Part shown: positions 38,566-51,369 of the stretch, piece after piece
Layout: every line of letters starts with the position of its first letter
Numbering within the stretch: position 1 is the stretch's first letter
Assembly: GCA_020137815.1 (NCBI GenBank)
Contig: CM035350.1
Coordinates: 3,720,001-3,784,000, forward strand
Length of the DNA stretch: 64,000 nt
From: Hormiphora californensis
Taxonomy: Eukaryota; Animalia; Ctenophora
Direction: 5' to 3'
Translations under genes and position numbers: made by a program
Notes under the pieces: generated by a model
What the model was told of the DNA's origin: nothing
The model's input: the letters and a program-made list of their open reading frames with translations, nothing else
The model's database searches: none

Positions 38566-39904
38566 GTTTCTGAAATGTACACTGCAGATATGCAGGGCCG
38601 TTACTGAGAGTAGGGTCTCCACTCTCTACACGGAGTGATCTAGTTTGGTTATCTTAAGGGAGGTAAAGATATAATGGCTATAATAATAGGGCAGTAAAGA
38701 TTACGGCTTGCAATATTGGAAGAGCAAGCGGAGGTGTGTACAAGAGAATGGAGTTCATGACTCTGGTTCAGAGATAATACACAATGGGCGAACAAAGAAA
38801 GCTGTCACACACACAGCCATCATAACAAGAATCACAGGAGCAATATCACACAGACATGTGTCCCCGCCCCGGCCCTGGAAAACCAGATTATACGTTTAGA
38901 CAAAGGCTAAGTTAGGAGGACACCAGATGGTCCACCTTGATCTCACAGCAATGTCTTACATATCCAGGATGTGTCAGTGTCATAATGCACCAGCTGAAAC
39001 GTCGCCTCTCTTTATAATATATATGAGAAAAGGGTTAATAATTAATGAACCAAGAAGCCTCTCTTTATATTTTGATATATTCGAGAAAGGTCTAAAAATT
39101 AATGAACCGAGAAGCCTCGTCTGTGCGACTGCCAGGACTAACTGCCAATATATAGCAAGCTAGGTATATGTGCATATTAATGAAACAACGATCGGTCCAT
39201 GACTATAGATTGCGTTGTTTGAGAACGAGCTGGGGGTTGTTGATTATAAGCGGCGTGCCATTGCTTGGAAACAATGGTATATGCCCCCGAGAATAGATTG
39301 GGTTTTGATACTGCAAGTTAGAAACAGAGGTTTCATGTTCGAAACCGAAGCTATACTGTTGTGAAAATCAAATCACGTGCATAATATATCAAATGACTGC
39401 TAAATATAAATTGATTCACCTCAGTAGATTATTCTAGAAATTCAATCTCAATACTATTCATTACTAATTTATTGCATTGATTACAAGTGTGTGACCCGGT
39501 CGCAATTGTAGGGAAAACGGTAATGGAAAACGGAGATACGGTATTACGTCTCATTACGGTAATTCCATTACGGTAATGCGACTACAAGCGGCAGAATTTC
39601 ACACGAGAAGAATGTTGCAGCAGACGGCCAAACAGAGAATCGGCCGACACGGTCAGCTGGGGGTTTTGCAAAAACACTTTATCTAGTAGTCATGAGGAAT
39701 AATTAACATGGTTTTCTGCGATAAAGAGGTGCATGTCTAGCAGCGTCTTGTAAAATTTGGCAATATATGGCATTTGTCCAAAGTCTGTGCATGTAGGAAT
39801 GCGGAAATTAAGGAATTAAGGAATGCGGAAATTAAGGAGGAATTAAGGAAAGAATTTGATTAATGACCTCCCAAAACACCGACTTTTGATTTCACTATAG
39901 CTAA

Positions 39905-39980
39905 TTATGATAACCGTTTCTTCCTAAAATATAGTGCCCGTATACGGGCACTATATTTTAGGAAGAAACGGTTATCATAA
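39905..39980. repeat. Perfect 76-bp palindrome without loop
   Basis: TTATGATAACCGTTTCTTCCTAAAATATAGTGCCCGTA|TACGGGCACTATATTTTAGGAAGAAACGGTTATCATAA. Confidence 0.9.
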
Positions 39981-40284
39981 TAATTAGCTCGAAATCATTT
40001 GTAACGCTAAAAAGTTTCAAAAATATTTACAAAACATCCGAAGCTTGTTGAGTAGCTCAACGAGCTGCAGTATTAATGAAAATAAACTTAACCTGTGTTT
40101 TAGTTCTAAGGAACAGCGAGTATAGTGACCTAATCGTTATATAGTACAATTTTATGGTACCACACCTGCAAATGACAGGTGCCAAGGGCCACTGGGCAAC
40201 ATGGTCCTGCAAGAGGTTCTCTGACCTTCCCCTCTCTCTCTCACCCTCTCTCCCTCTCTCTCACCCTCTCTTTCACCCTCTCTC

Positions 40285-40699
40285 TCCTCCTCTCCATGTT
40301 TCTACACAGCACTGTGTCATTTTAGGCAGCCAATTCCTATATAATACAATTAGCCATTACTAATAATAATTTGGGCACGTCGCGCTCTCTCGTGCTCCAC
40401 CCCCGACGTTTTGCTGCCAAAATAATAATGGCATGGAATGGTAAACTTATGGGTCATATCTGATATTATAGTGAAATATAAAAAAAACCTATAGCGATAC
40501 CACCGATCCGAGGATATCTCTCTCTGTCTCTCTTTCCCTTTCTCTCTCTCTCTCTCTCTTTCCCTTTCTCTCTCTCTCTTTCTCTCTCTCTCTTTCTCTC
40601 TCTTTCTCTTTCTCTCTCTCACACCCTCTCCATGTTTCTACACAGCACTGTGTCATTATAGGCAGCCAATTCCTATATACAATATAATTAGCCATTACT
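40285..40699. repeat. ~70-bp direct repeat pair, each copy following a CT tract
   Basis: CTCTCCATGTTTCTACACAGCACTGTGTCATT.TAGGCAGCCAATTCCTATA...TTAGCCATTACT at ~40290 and ~40626. Confidence 0.8.
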
Positions 40700-41197
40700 C
40701 TTATCATTATAAGCTATGTAGGTATAAGTATGCTCAGACATGCTCTATACCGCAACTCAGCTGTCATTGGCCTGACCCTATTCTCATTTCGAGAACCGCG
40801 GTCAGAGCATTGGCCGACAGCGCAACTCTGGCCTCGTGTGCCTTAATTAATGAAACTGAAAATGCGTGGCACGTGTACACTAGAAATAAACATGTACACG
40901 CTGTAACAAATACCCATGCTGCTTGTTTTGTAATTACATACAACAGAGAAATTATAATTTTGGCAAAGTCGCAAAAAAGGAACTGCTGCAAGGCGTTATG
41001 GTGTCGGGTTTTTGCCCCACCTTCCACGTCAAATAATAATGATGAGTAGTAATACTGATAATGATGAGTAGTAGGGAATTTTTACTGCAACGAGGTTATC
41101 TCTCGGCCGGGTCCGGGGCAGTAATACATACATCAATTACTATACTACCTCGGACAGCAAGGAGAGTAGTAGGAAAAGTAGGAAAATGGGGCAGGGT

Positions 41198-41395
<198 letters not shown>

Positions 41396-42480
41396 AGGTG
41401 GAGCTACTGCTCTAGCTCGTTCTCCTCTTCTAGACTGTCGAGTTCTGAGTTTAATCGATCTGTCTTAGCTAGAACGTGAACAGTGATCTAAGGTTTGAGT
41501 TACAAGAACACAGCTTTTCCTATACCACCACGTCCCCTTACTAAACTGAATAAGTGGTTTTGTCATTTATAATGTTCATGACTAGACTGGATATAACTAG
41601 TGCGAACATAAGTAATGGAGCTACGTAACGGCTGGAATTGTTCAACTACCTTTTGGCTATTGCATATTATGATAATCTTAATCTCTCAAGTCTCGGTATA
41701 AGTTATACTATTATACTATAACCATGTCTGATGGGCCGCTCATTCTCAAAGAATAGGCTCATTCTCAAAGAATAGGCTAAGCTCAATATGTGATCATGGC
41801 ACTCATATATGGTTAAAAGTTTCTCAAAGAATAGGCTAAGCTCAATATGTGATCATGGCCCCTTTGCTATCAGTAGCAGTTTAATTACGATGATGAACAT
41901 GAGCGAAAAACGATTTGCGGTTAAGTTAAGAAGGGGAGTAATGTCTGGCGGGATGAGAGAGAGGGGGGCAGCAGCTGATGGAGTAGATCTGAATTATGTA
42001 GATATGCTAATGCTGTTATGTTATTTAGGGTGGATAATTTTTAAAGGAGAAAAGAGAATGCTATTTTAAGTCAAATGAACTTATCTTTTCAAATTATAAT
42101 CACAGGGGCGTCTGAAATACAAAAAAAACATCTCTTTATCATCCCCACAAACACAGAAACATGAAAATAACCCATGATATTTTGATAACTTGGTGACAAC
42201 AAAATGCCAAATTTTAGCACACGTGACTTCTAATCACACATAAAATTCTTATTTAGATCTGTTTATCAAATTCCACACCTAATTGTCGGAAGAGCACACT
42301 CAAGCACATACACACAAGATTCCAGTCCGAATATAATAGCTCCATGCAGTTAATTAGCTGATCACAATGACGTACAACAAGTAGGTATTCGGCTGAATTG
42401 CAGAAGAACTGGGTCACAGTATAGCGGCCGGGGGGTTGGATAGATCGGGGGAGCTGTAGCTATAGTGTAGCGGCATTGCA

Positions 42481-44871
42481 TCACAGGCCCTGACAGATGC
42501 GCAGTCTCATCTTACTAGCCTGTTCCTTCTCCCGCATCCGCTTGTTCTTGAACCAGTTGCACACCTGCATGTAACTCAGTCCACAGCGGTCTGACAACTC
42601 ACGCTTCTGAGGAATGGGAACTTTGGGTTACAAAAACGCAGAAACTTGGGGTTACTAGTTGTTGGTATTGTGTTACTAGTTGTTGGTATCGTGTGCAGAT
42701 GGATTGAAAAGTGTGATTATAGTACATGCTGTGTGATGGATTAAAACTATGATTATAGTACACTGTGTGATGGTTTTCCCACAGTTGTGTGATGGGTTAG
42801 TGTGATATATTGGACATACCTCCAGGGGTGTGGGGTATTTGTTGCCCAGGTAGAATCCCTCCAGTCCCTCGCGAGCACTCTGTTTGTAGCAGTATAGCGT
42901 CTTCTCACCATCCCATACTGTTGCCGGGAACGGGTACTTCTTCCGCAGGCGGTACCTACAAAAAATAGTGGGAGGTTAGAAAGTGAACTGGCTATGTCTT
43001 TTTTTGAATAAAATAAAACTGACAATTTAAATGCTACTTCGGAGTATGTACTGCTAACTCGGTGGTTTATTGTGAAATAGCTATCATTTTGAAGCTCTGA
43101 CATTGATGGCTGACAGTATAAATGCCCCACTTGACGTCACATTGTATTGGAGGATTAGAAAACAACAAGTCACCCAGTATATTAATTATGACGTCACTCA
43201 GTATATTAACTATGCCGTCACTAACCTATCAACAGCATTGGGTGCCTTCCCCCGCTTGGTGGTGCTAAACCCGTACACTGCTGCCAGCCACAGTTCCTGG
43301 AGAATGTCATGGTAATCCCGGGAGAAGGTGTTCGTTGCAATCATCTCCATCACCGTCTTGTGATCGCCCTCGTAGTGTGCTTCCTGCAGGAGAGATGTCA
43401 GTAGTATAACAGAGCTGGTTACCATGGTAACATGGTAATACAGAGCTAGTTACCATGGTAACGTATAGAGCTGGTTACCATGGTAACTTAGACGTAGGTA
43501 TTATGGTGAAAGTTTAGACTAACCGTGATATATTATTAAGGTGAAATTGAGATGTCATTATTATGGTTGTTCTCTGCTACTATGCTGACACCATGATCAT
43601 TTTCTAGCCCCGGATTCACGCTTCCATTCACCGTGTTCAGTCGGGCCCTGTTCTGTCCTACCACCGCGCCAGACGAGGATTGAGACATCTCCCGCTCGGG
43701 TAGCTTGAAGAAGCATCTCTTGATAAAATTCCCAAAACTCCGAATGGAGAAGAAGTATACAATGGGGTTACTCCAGGTGCCGATATAGAAGATGTAGGTG
43801 GTAACGATGTTCAGTACAATGGTGGTGGTGGTGGACATGTGAACTTTCCTCTCGGCCATCTTGAGGGCCATGACAATAGCCCCAGGTGCAGATGAGATTA
43901 TGTAGATGAGGGAGACAGATACAATGGCCATGGTACCCTTGATCGGAGGGAGGGCCCCACTTCGGTGGACGTATAGGAAGACTAGGAGGGCCAGAGTGGT
44001 GCAGATGATAATGACCCCCATCAGACACACCCAGATAACCATAATGCTCCCAAATATCTGGTGGTGTTTGTAGTTTATCCAGCATTGATAGGCCTCCGGA
44101 TTGAAGTAGAGAGAGGAATCTGGGTAGATGTTCGTTACAAGTGCGTATGCGGTAACGAGGACCCATATCAGAGAGAGGATTATGTTACAGGTCCTGGTAC
44201 TACGGAGCCGGGCATAGAGGGGCATTACAAAGCAGACCAACTTGTTGATACTGAACAGAGAGACGAGGAGAGTGCTCATGGTGTAGAAGATGTTAGTGAG
44301 ACACTTGTTTCCCAAGCACCACATGTAACCATAGGGCCACCTTTGCAGCAGAATGGCCGGGAAGGTCGTTAAGATGCCGGATAGGGTGTAACCAATGTCA
44401 GAGAGGGCTAGGTGCACAATAATCGCTACTGTCACTTTATCAAGTTTTATGATGCTCTTGTATGCTGCCGCGATGACTGTTAGGTTTCCAACTAGTGCCA
44501 GGATGGCAGAGGCAAGGGTCCACCCGGCCAGGAAATAACGAACACCGTCCGGGTTATGGTAATACTCGTACATTATCATGGTACTATAACAGCTGTTATA
44601 GAGGCCGGGTTATCATGGTTGTTATAGAGAGGCTGGGCTAAAAATGAGCAGGACAAGTTAGTAACAAAAGCTGTTGGAAACAACACAACAAAGCTGCTAA
44701 TCATGTGGTTTCTAAATCAAAAGCCAAAAGCATGGTCACAGGACTGTATAATAATAAGCAACTTCACATACAAGAATGACCTAGTGCTAGAAACTAGGAA
44801 GAACAATGGCTACAAGGAGGCACACACGCTCAACTCAATGCACAGATTCACTAGTAGGATATTCGGACATA

Positions 44872-44903
<32 letters not shown>

Positions 44904-45810
44904 ATGTGTGCGAGAGAATAATGCTCTATGAGCAGGCTGCGGAAAACAGGTGTTAGAATTTTATAAACCAGTAAATACCTAATTACTGATCATGGCAACC
45001 ATGATCAGAGACTAGTGGGACATCATCGTATTATAGAAGCTCGTGAAAGAGTCTGAGAGAAGGGCCGGTGCACAACAGGTGTTGTTTACTATAATACTAG
45101 TTCCCTAATTATTGTTTCTAAGCGACCAATTCTACAACTCAACTGCTGCAAGTATCGTGTGTGTGAATCGAGTGACGTGTGCATGATATACACGTACCTT
45201 AATTCGTTTGATAAGAGGAGAACATTCCAGCAGTCTTGGTTGAAGTGGTTTCGGGTAGGATTTCTGATGTTCCGGGCTGACTTCAGGAGTGGGCAGGTTT
45301 AGTAACGGCTGGGAAGGTAGGTCAGGATTATTCACGAAGGGTTTATCAAAGGCACACGATGTGGAGGGTGGTGGGGGAGGGAGATCCTCTATTTCCTCTT
45401 TCAGGGACTTCCAGATGTTGGTCTGGTGTTGGTATTGGAGGTCCTCCCTGGCTGCATCCGGGGAGGTAGATCTGGTACTGCAGGAGGGATCAGGGGAGGT
45501 TGAGGGAGGGTAGGCAATGTATCCACCCGTGGAACCAAGTGTTGTGTTTCCTGGGGAGGGAGAGAGATGTTAGACACGCGTGGGAAATGGGGTCCAGTAC
45601 ACATGTTAGACTAAAGAATGTCGTGATGTTACAATGATTAGACGATACAGATGAATACACATGGTTTCGGACTAGTAGAATGGAGAACCATTTCATAGCA
45701 TGACTTACCAAGGAAGTAGTTAGAAATGTAGACGTTATGTTCAGGATAAGATGGAGGAGGGGAAGGTAGGTAGGAAAGGGGACTGCTCCGTTAACATAAA
45801 ACTGTTCCAT
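42481..45810 (-). CDS. SIX: SIX/sine oculis class homeobox protein (partial SIX domain plus K50 homeodomain)
   Basis: Exons 45198-45550, 43226-43383, 42820-42955, 42481-42606 splice in frame to ...HDILQELWLAAVY...RGKAPNAVDRYRLRKKYPFPATVWDGEKTLYCYKQSAREGLEGFYLGNKYPTPLEKRELSDRCGLSYMQVCNWFKNKRMREK. Putative first exon 45709-45810 needs one frameshift, so the start is uncertain. Confidence 0.9.
43536..44579 (-). CDS. Intronless class A orphan GPCR nested in the SIX intron
   Basis: 347-aa ORF with 7 hydrophobic segments, GN (TM1), LALSD (TM2), WPYG..WC, SINKL at the DRY position, ECL2 Cys, NPIVY (TM7). Confidence 0.92.
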   Translation of the reverse strand: MIMYEYYHNPDGVRYFLAGWTLASAILALVGNLTVIAAAYKSIIKLDKVTVAIIVHLALSDIGYTLSGILTTFPAILLQRWPYGYMWCLGNKCLTNIFYTMSTLLVSLFSINKLVCFVMPLYARLRSTRTCNIILSLIWVLVTAYALVTNIYPDSSLYFNPEAYQCWINYKHHQIFGSIMVIWVCLMGVIIICTTLALLVFLYVHRSGALPPIKGTMAIVSVSLIYIISSAPGAIVMALKMAERKVHMSTTTTIVLNIVTTYIFYIGTWSNPIVYFFSIRSFGNFIKRCFFKLPEREMSQSSSGAVVGQNRARLNTVNGSVNPGLENDHGVSIVAENNHNNDISISP

Positions 45811-45967
45811 GATATTGTAGTAGTGTGCAGCAGTCAACAAACAAAATATTAAATCTGAGATTTCTGATTCTGTCTACCCTGCAATTGCTTATAAGGGGAA
45901 GTTAGAAACACGCTGTACAAGGGTATGATTACCCTCGCATGGGCTATCGGACCCTGCTTCCTTGTCC

Positions 45968-46019
45968 CTGATTGGTTAGCACGACCCCCCTTCTCCGTCT
46001 CTGATTGGCTTGGCACGTG
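45968..46019 (-). promoter_or_regulatory. Two CCAAT boxes plus an E-box upstream of the SIX gene
   Basis: Minus-strand AACCAATCAG (45968-45977) and AGCCAATCAG (46001-46010), 33 bp apart, and CACGTG (46014-46019), 160-210 bp upstream of the putative ATG. Confidence 0.45.
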
Positions 46020-46839
46020 TCAACTGGCCACCCGAACCCTGATCATCTTTCCTAGCTGATAGCGGACCCGAGCTGTCGAGGGCCGGGTCAGGTGTCATGT
46101 GGACTAGCAGACGAGAGAGAGTGGGGGAGATAGTGAGTGAGAGAGAGAGAGAGTGAGAGAGAGAGTGAGGGAGAAAGAGAGAGAGAGATAGAGAGAGAGG
46201 GAGAGAGAGGTAGATAGAGCGAGATAGAGAAAGAGAGAGTGAGAGAGAAAGAGATAGAGAGAGTGAGAGAGAAAGAGAAAGAGAGAGATCCTCGGATCGT
46301 TGTCAGGCACCCCGCAAGTCCTTTTCGCACCGGGCCCGGAGGACGGTCTTATACGAGACAATCGGATCGGTGGTATCGCTTATAGGTCCCTATATTTCAC
46401 TATTTCAGATATGACCCATAAGTTTACCAGTCCATAATGCCATTATTATTCCTTCGCATGTATACCGAGAAGGGAGGGATTAGGGAATAAATATTCAATG
46501 TCCCAGGCGATAAGGTTTAGGCTTAGGAAACTAAGTAGTAGTGCGGTACTAATTACATAGCGGTACTAATTACATTTACAATAGCTAAATTATGTGATTT
46601 GTGAGTTGTGTTCGCAATTTGTTAAACCCTAGAGTAATAGTCATACTAAAGATCTATATAGAGCCTAAAAACTAAAACAAATTTTGAAAACACGCACCAG
46701 AATAAAATAATATTATTTCGATCACTGCAAATTAGAAAGCATCGGTCTTGCTATTATAACAGCGAGGATCATCCCACCTCGCACAACATATGATCACACT
46801 CACAGACGAACAAACAAATATAATCCAGCTAGTGGAGGG

Positions 46840-49100
46840 TTACTGGTTGGTGATCTCTGTTGTATTGGTTCGGGTATCACTGGAGGAGGTGTCGATATAG
46901 GGTGTTGATCCTCTGACTGGGACACTGGACAGCGCTGAGATTCGTTTTGATTTCGCCCGACGATTCTGAAACCATATCTTGACCTGTAACCGTATATTAG
47001 CGTTAATAATAATATCTTCCATAATCATACGCTTCCGCAAACTTTACAAATCAATTTTAGCTGATATGATGTCGTATATGCGATGAAACCGTCCCGGATA
47101 TATGATCTTTTCCTGAATAAATCTACGAGTCGTCAACATTTACATTATTCATTGTATCAGAAACTATGTGACTCAAAAACAGCCGATTGGTCAACTTATT
47201 GATTCACACCGTTATAGATTGTAAAAACGAATGCTAATATGTTATTTTATGACAATTGAGGTTTTGTAGAGTGGTGAAATATGATAAAAGAATGCCAAAA
47301 GAACATGATAACACACCTGGGTTTCTGTTAAATTGAGTGCCTTTGAGAGAACAAATCGCTCTTTTGTTGATAGATAAGGCCGGTTATGGTAGCACACTTC
47401 TAGCTGCGAGATCTGTTCCTGAAGCACAAGATTATTACTTGGTTAATTGTCGTGGCTGCCCATTGGTTTTTTCCAGGATTTTCTCGCTATGCTCTCACAT
47501 TGCTCTCACATTCCGTTAGCCGCTGATACTATGTATTTCAATAGGTACTCACCGAGTTTAATCGTCGTCTCTTCCGAGGGAATGATTTCTTCACAGGGCT
47601 GCTACTTGGTTGTTGATATGTCGCCGCTGCTAAAGCAGATAGATATTGTTGTACATATTCAATATATAATTTTAATGCACAAAATTTAGCATCACATGAT
47701 GAGAGCTGAGTGACTTTGGGCAGGAATATCGATTAGCTTCCATATGTTCCCAGCACCGTCCGTCAGGCCCCCCGTTATGGCGCCACCATAACACATAATA
47801 TTGAGAGATATTGTATGGCAATTGTTAAATGAAATGTCCAAAATATTACTTTTAATACCTAAAAGGGACACAGAATTTGATAATTTAACTATACTCGGGA
47901 CATGACGGGGGTGACAGGCTAATACTCTTGCTGTTAGATTCTTCGAGGGTGGCCAATTCAAGATAAGTATCACGAAGTAAATGAGTTTATACTGTGTGAT
48001 AACCAATTTAAATTGAGAGATGAAATTATAAGTCGCACTTTAAATCAATATAATGATGAAGATATGGCAGAAAGAAGGTGGTAATTCGGTAAATTGACCT
48101 ACCCTAAACTCAGATCTACCCTGCCCGAATTGTTCAACATTATACCTGCACATACCTTTAGGGTAAACGATCATGTCGAAGGAGTTATCTAAGTTGGCGT
48201 AACCATGGTGATGGTGATAGTAATGACTGTAAGGTTGTTGGGATGATGGCATCACCGAGTCCAGTAGTCTTTCGTTCAGGAGACCTATAGTGATAAACTA
48301 GTGTGATTAGGAAGCCTTCTATTTTAGATAGATCGGAGATGTTTTCACAGGCTGTTATTGATCCAGTTTCCGTACGTAAACTGCAACAATTTTTATGTAT
48401 GTGATCCTTATTCTTTGAAATGGCATAAAATGGGACCACCGAGTCACAAAATTGGCTATTGTCACAATCTAAATAGTGTCATGCAGGTGTCACACAAGTG
48501 AGAGAGTACTTTATGCATAGAGCTAGTATGTTACAATATCAAATAGCATACCTTTTAGTGTCCCTACGATCGTCTGACTAATCTCACCGGACAGTATCGA
48601 ATTAGAAGACTTGTAATTCTCTTGATGCGGCTCCTGAAGGAAATTAATCTTAGAACACGTGTGCGGGTGTACCATGAGTATTGTGTTAGGACACTGGACA
48701 CGGGGATAGGAAACGGGAACATACACACGAAGTCAACTCGTATAATATCCGGCCCAGTGGCTCAATCTAGAGTGACTATTTTCACCATGAGTGTGATCTA
48801 TCATGAATCAAGGCCAAGGTGAAATCTCTTGCTAACTCCCTACTCAGGGGCATGTCTATGCCGGGGAATTTCCCTGCTTAGGGTCCGAATTGCTTGAACT
48901 TCTCTCTGTTATACAATATAGGAGTATTAAAACATAAAAAGCCCGGTTATTGTGCAGCTGACATATGTCGCCCAGACCTGGTTGGTCTGTCCGTCAGAAG
49001 AGGATGAAGAAGAGCTTCCTACTGATAAACCAGAGTTGCCCTGCTGCTGCTGCTGCCGACTTGATCCCAGCAGGTATTCAATAGAAAACGATTTAATCAT
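46840..49100 (-). CDS. ANTP-class NKL (Msx-like) homeobox protein with N-terminal eh1 motif, 6 exons, ~206 aa
   Basis: Exons 48978-49100, 48588-48633, 48156-48284, 47553-47629, 47317-47418, 46840-46983 are all phase consistent; MIKSFSIEYLLG (eh1); homeodomain PRKRRRLNSEQISQLEVCYHNRPYLSTKERFVLSKALNLTETQ|VKIWFQNRRAKSKR. Confidence 0.9.
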
Positions 49101-50319
49101 GATACTAAGTTAACAATTTGGATACAGATTACAACTAACAAACAGACAAATAATCTCAAATAGTGGTCGAAGGGGTGAAATCATGGTTTTTCATTCAACA
49201 TGCTGCTTTAGTACTGAACAAGTATCACAGTACTAGATACAAGCTGCCACGTTATAGGTTATGTTGCTCACACTGCAGTATATTTCATAAAATAAGGGGT
49301 CGGTAGATAAAGTTATATCGCAGGATATATCAGCTCTATAACAGGGTGGACCCTAATTCAGACCTCATCACGACTTTCCTACTTGCCATGGGGGGGGGGG
49401 GTCAATAAATATGTTATGTATATCGCGTGGTAGGAGATAAAAGCCCCCCTGCTCTCATCAAGATGTGTTATAGCTAGGTCAACACAATTTCTAGTGGTAT
49501 ATATCTTCTAGCATGCATCAAACCCCCATTACGCAACGTATTGAGAAACAACCATAATGAGGGTCGGGATTATACAAAATGGGCCGTATCAATGATATGA
49601 CAATAAAATAGTATCTTATATATTATGCTCAATCGAGACGGTTTGGCTGTTATGTAGTCAAAAACTACTGCTAGTAGATATCAATTTCTACTGCGCTCTG
49701 ACGCTCTATATAATATGTCTCTAGAGCGGCGTCAGTTCCCACTAGATATGTATCTCAAATAAAACTGTCAAGCATTTTCAATGACAATAAGTATTAAGTG
49801 GTTGTGCATTAAATGAGATATCAATATTCTCCACTCATCTAGGCCGAGATATGAAAGTCATGCCAAAGAAATGAGCTTTTTACTGACCTACTTTCGATAA
49901 ATTGATAGATAAATGGATATATCAGTTGAATATAGCAAAATGCAATTCGGTTTATCAGATACATATCAAAAACATATCAACTATCTTATCTAGGTTTTAG
50001 TAGACCTGCCTTGCTTTGAAAGCACAGCTACAACAGCAATATCAAGTACCAGCGATTTTATCGTTACGATAATAGATCGATGATCAAGCACGATTCATTT
50101 ACATAGTATGGATTCCAAATGAATAATAAAATGAAATGAGCTGTCAAAATTTTATTTTTTTCCCATCATAATTGTGTGCTGATAACATAATTTCTATATG
50201 ACAAGCTGAAAGATCACCTCTCTAGTAACTCAGCAAAATAAATTGTCAGTAACTGAACATCAAGCTTCCATTGCGCCCCCTCTCAAGACTTCTATCTCTC
50301 TTTCCCTCTCTCTCTCTTC

Positions 50320-50362
<43 letters not shown>

Positions 50363-50363
50363 A

Positions 50364-50395
<32 letters not shown>

Positions 50396-51369
50396 TTCTC
50401 TCTCGTCTCTCTCTCTCTCTCTCTCAAGATTGTACAAACTTTGACAGGAAATTAAGCAACACCCAACTATACGGTCCAGTGGCAGAACCATTGACATCTT
50501 GGTGAGTGCCGGCGGATTAACAAGACGTTACTTGCTAGATTGGGCACCCATATAACAACCATATTTTATTTATTTTCGACGTCAAAGCGAAATTAATTAT
50601 TGTCATCTAACCCTTTTAAGGTTACTCGTACTCGTATATTGAAGTTGAACCGTTAATACCATGACAGTAAACTGATTATCAGTATATTCTCTCTCATTCT
50701 GATTCATTATTCAATTTGATTGTGTTCCGGATTACTTCAACACAAGATGCAGGAATCATTATCTTCGATATGACAATATAATAATTGAGAACTTTCTCAA
50801 GCACATATGCTAATTTTAGCGGATTAATTTCCATTCTGTCTCATGATAGAGGAGAGCAATGCAAGCCGGTGAGCGCTTTGTCATTTGTTCACACAGGTGT
50901 GTGATAAATTAAAATCCTTTCTCTTCAAGGAAAGAACCGCGATGCGATCTATTGTCTCGCATCCTAATTTATTCTGCACCAATGACCGATGCTGCTTGCA
51001 GCTGCCTTATAAAAAGAAACAGCAATATTCCAGTTGAGAGAATTGTCATTTGAAGAGTCTGGCACTGATCAGCGATCATTCCCTGCTATTTTCCATGGCC
51101 TAGCTTTATTGGCTTGTCCCCTAATTGATTGTTACCGTCGGGGCAGGCGTGGTTAGATGCTCATTAGGATCCCTACTCGCTCACTTAACTTCTCTAAACG
51201 ACCCATTAAATTCCAATTAAAAGGGCCAGCCAGTGGTGCCAATATAATTACCAACAGCCATCATAATCTAATCGATATTGCACTTCTCGTATTTAAACTC
51301 GACATTCCTTTCCTGGTTATAGTTGTACCTTGTTTAGTTTACTGATCGCCACGACACACCAACAACATC

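Noticed and set aside
42753-43130. 125-aa minus-strand ORF
   Set aside because: Wrong frame; the real exon 42820-42955 encodes the SIX homeodomain in another frame.
43536-44579. Possible opsin
   Set aside because: No Lys at the retinal-binding position of TM7 (YIFYIGTWSNPIVY).
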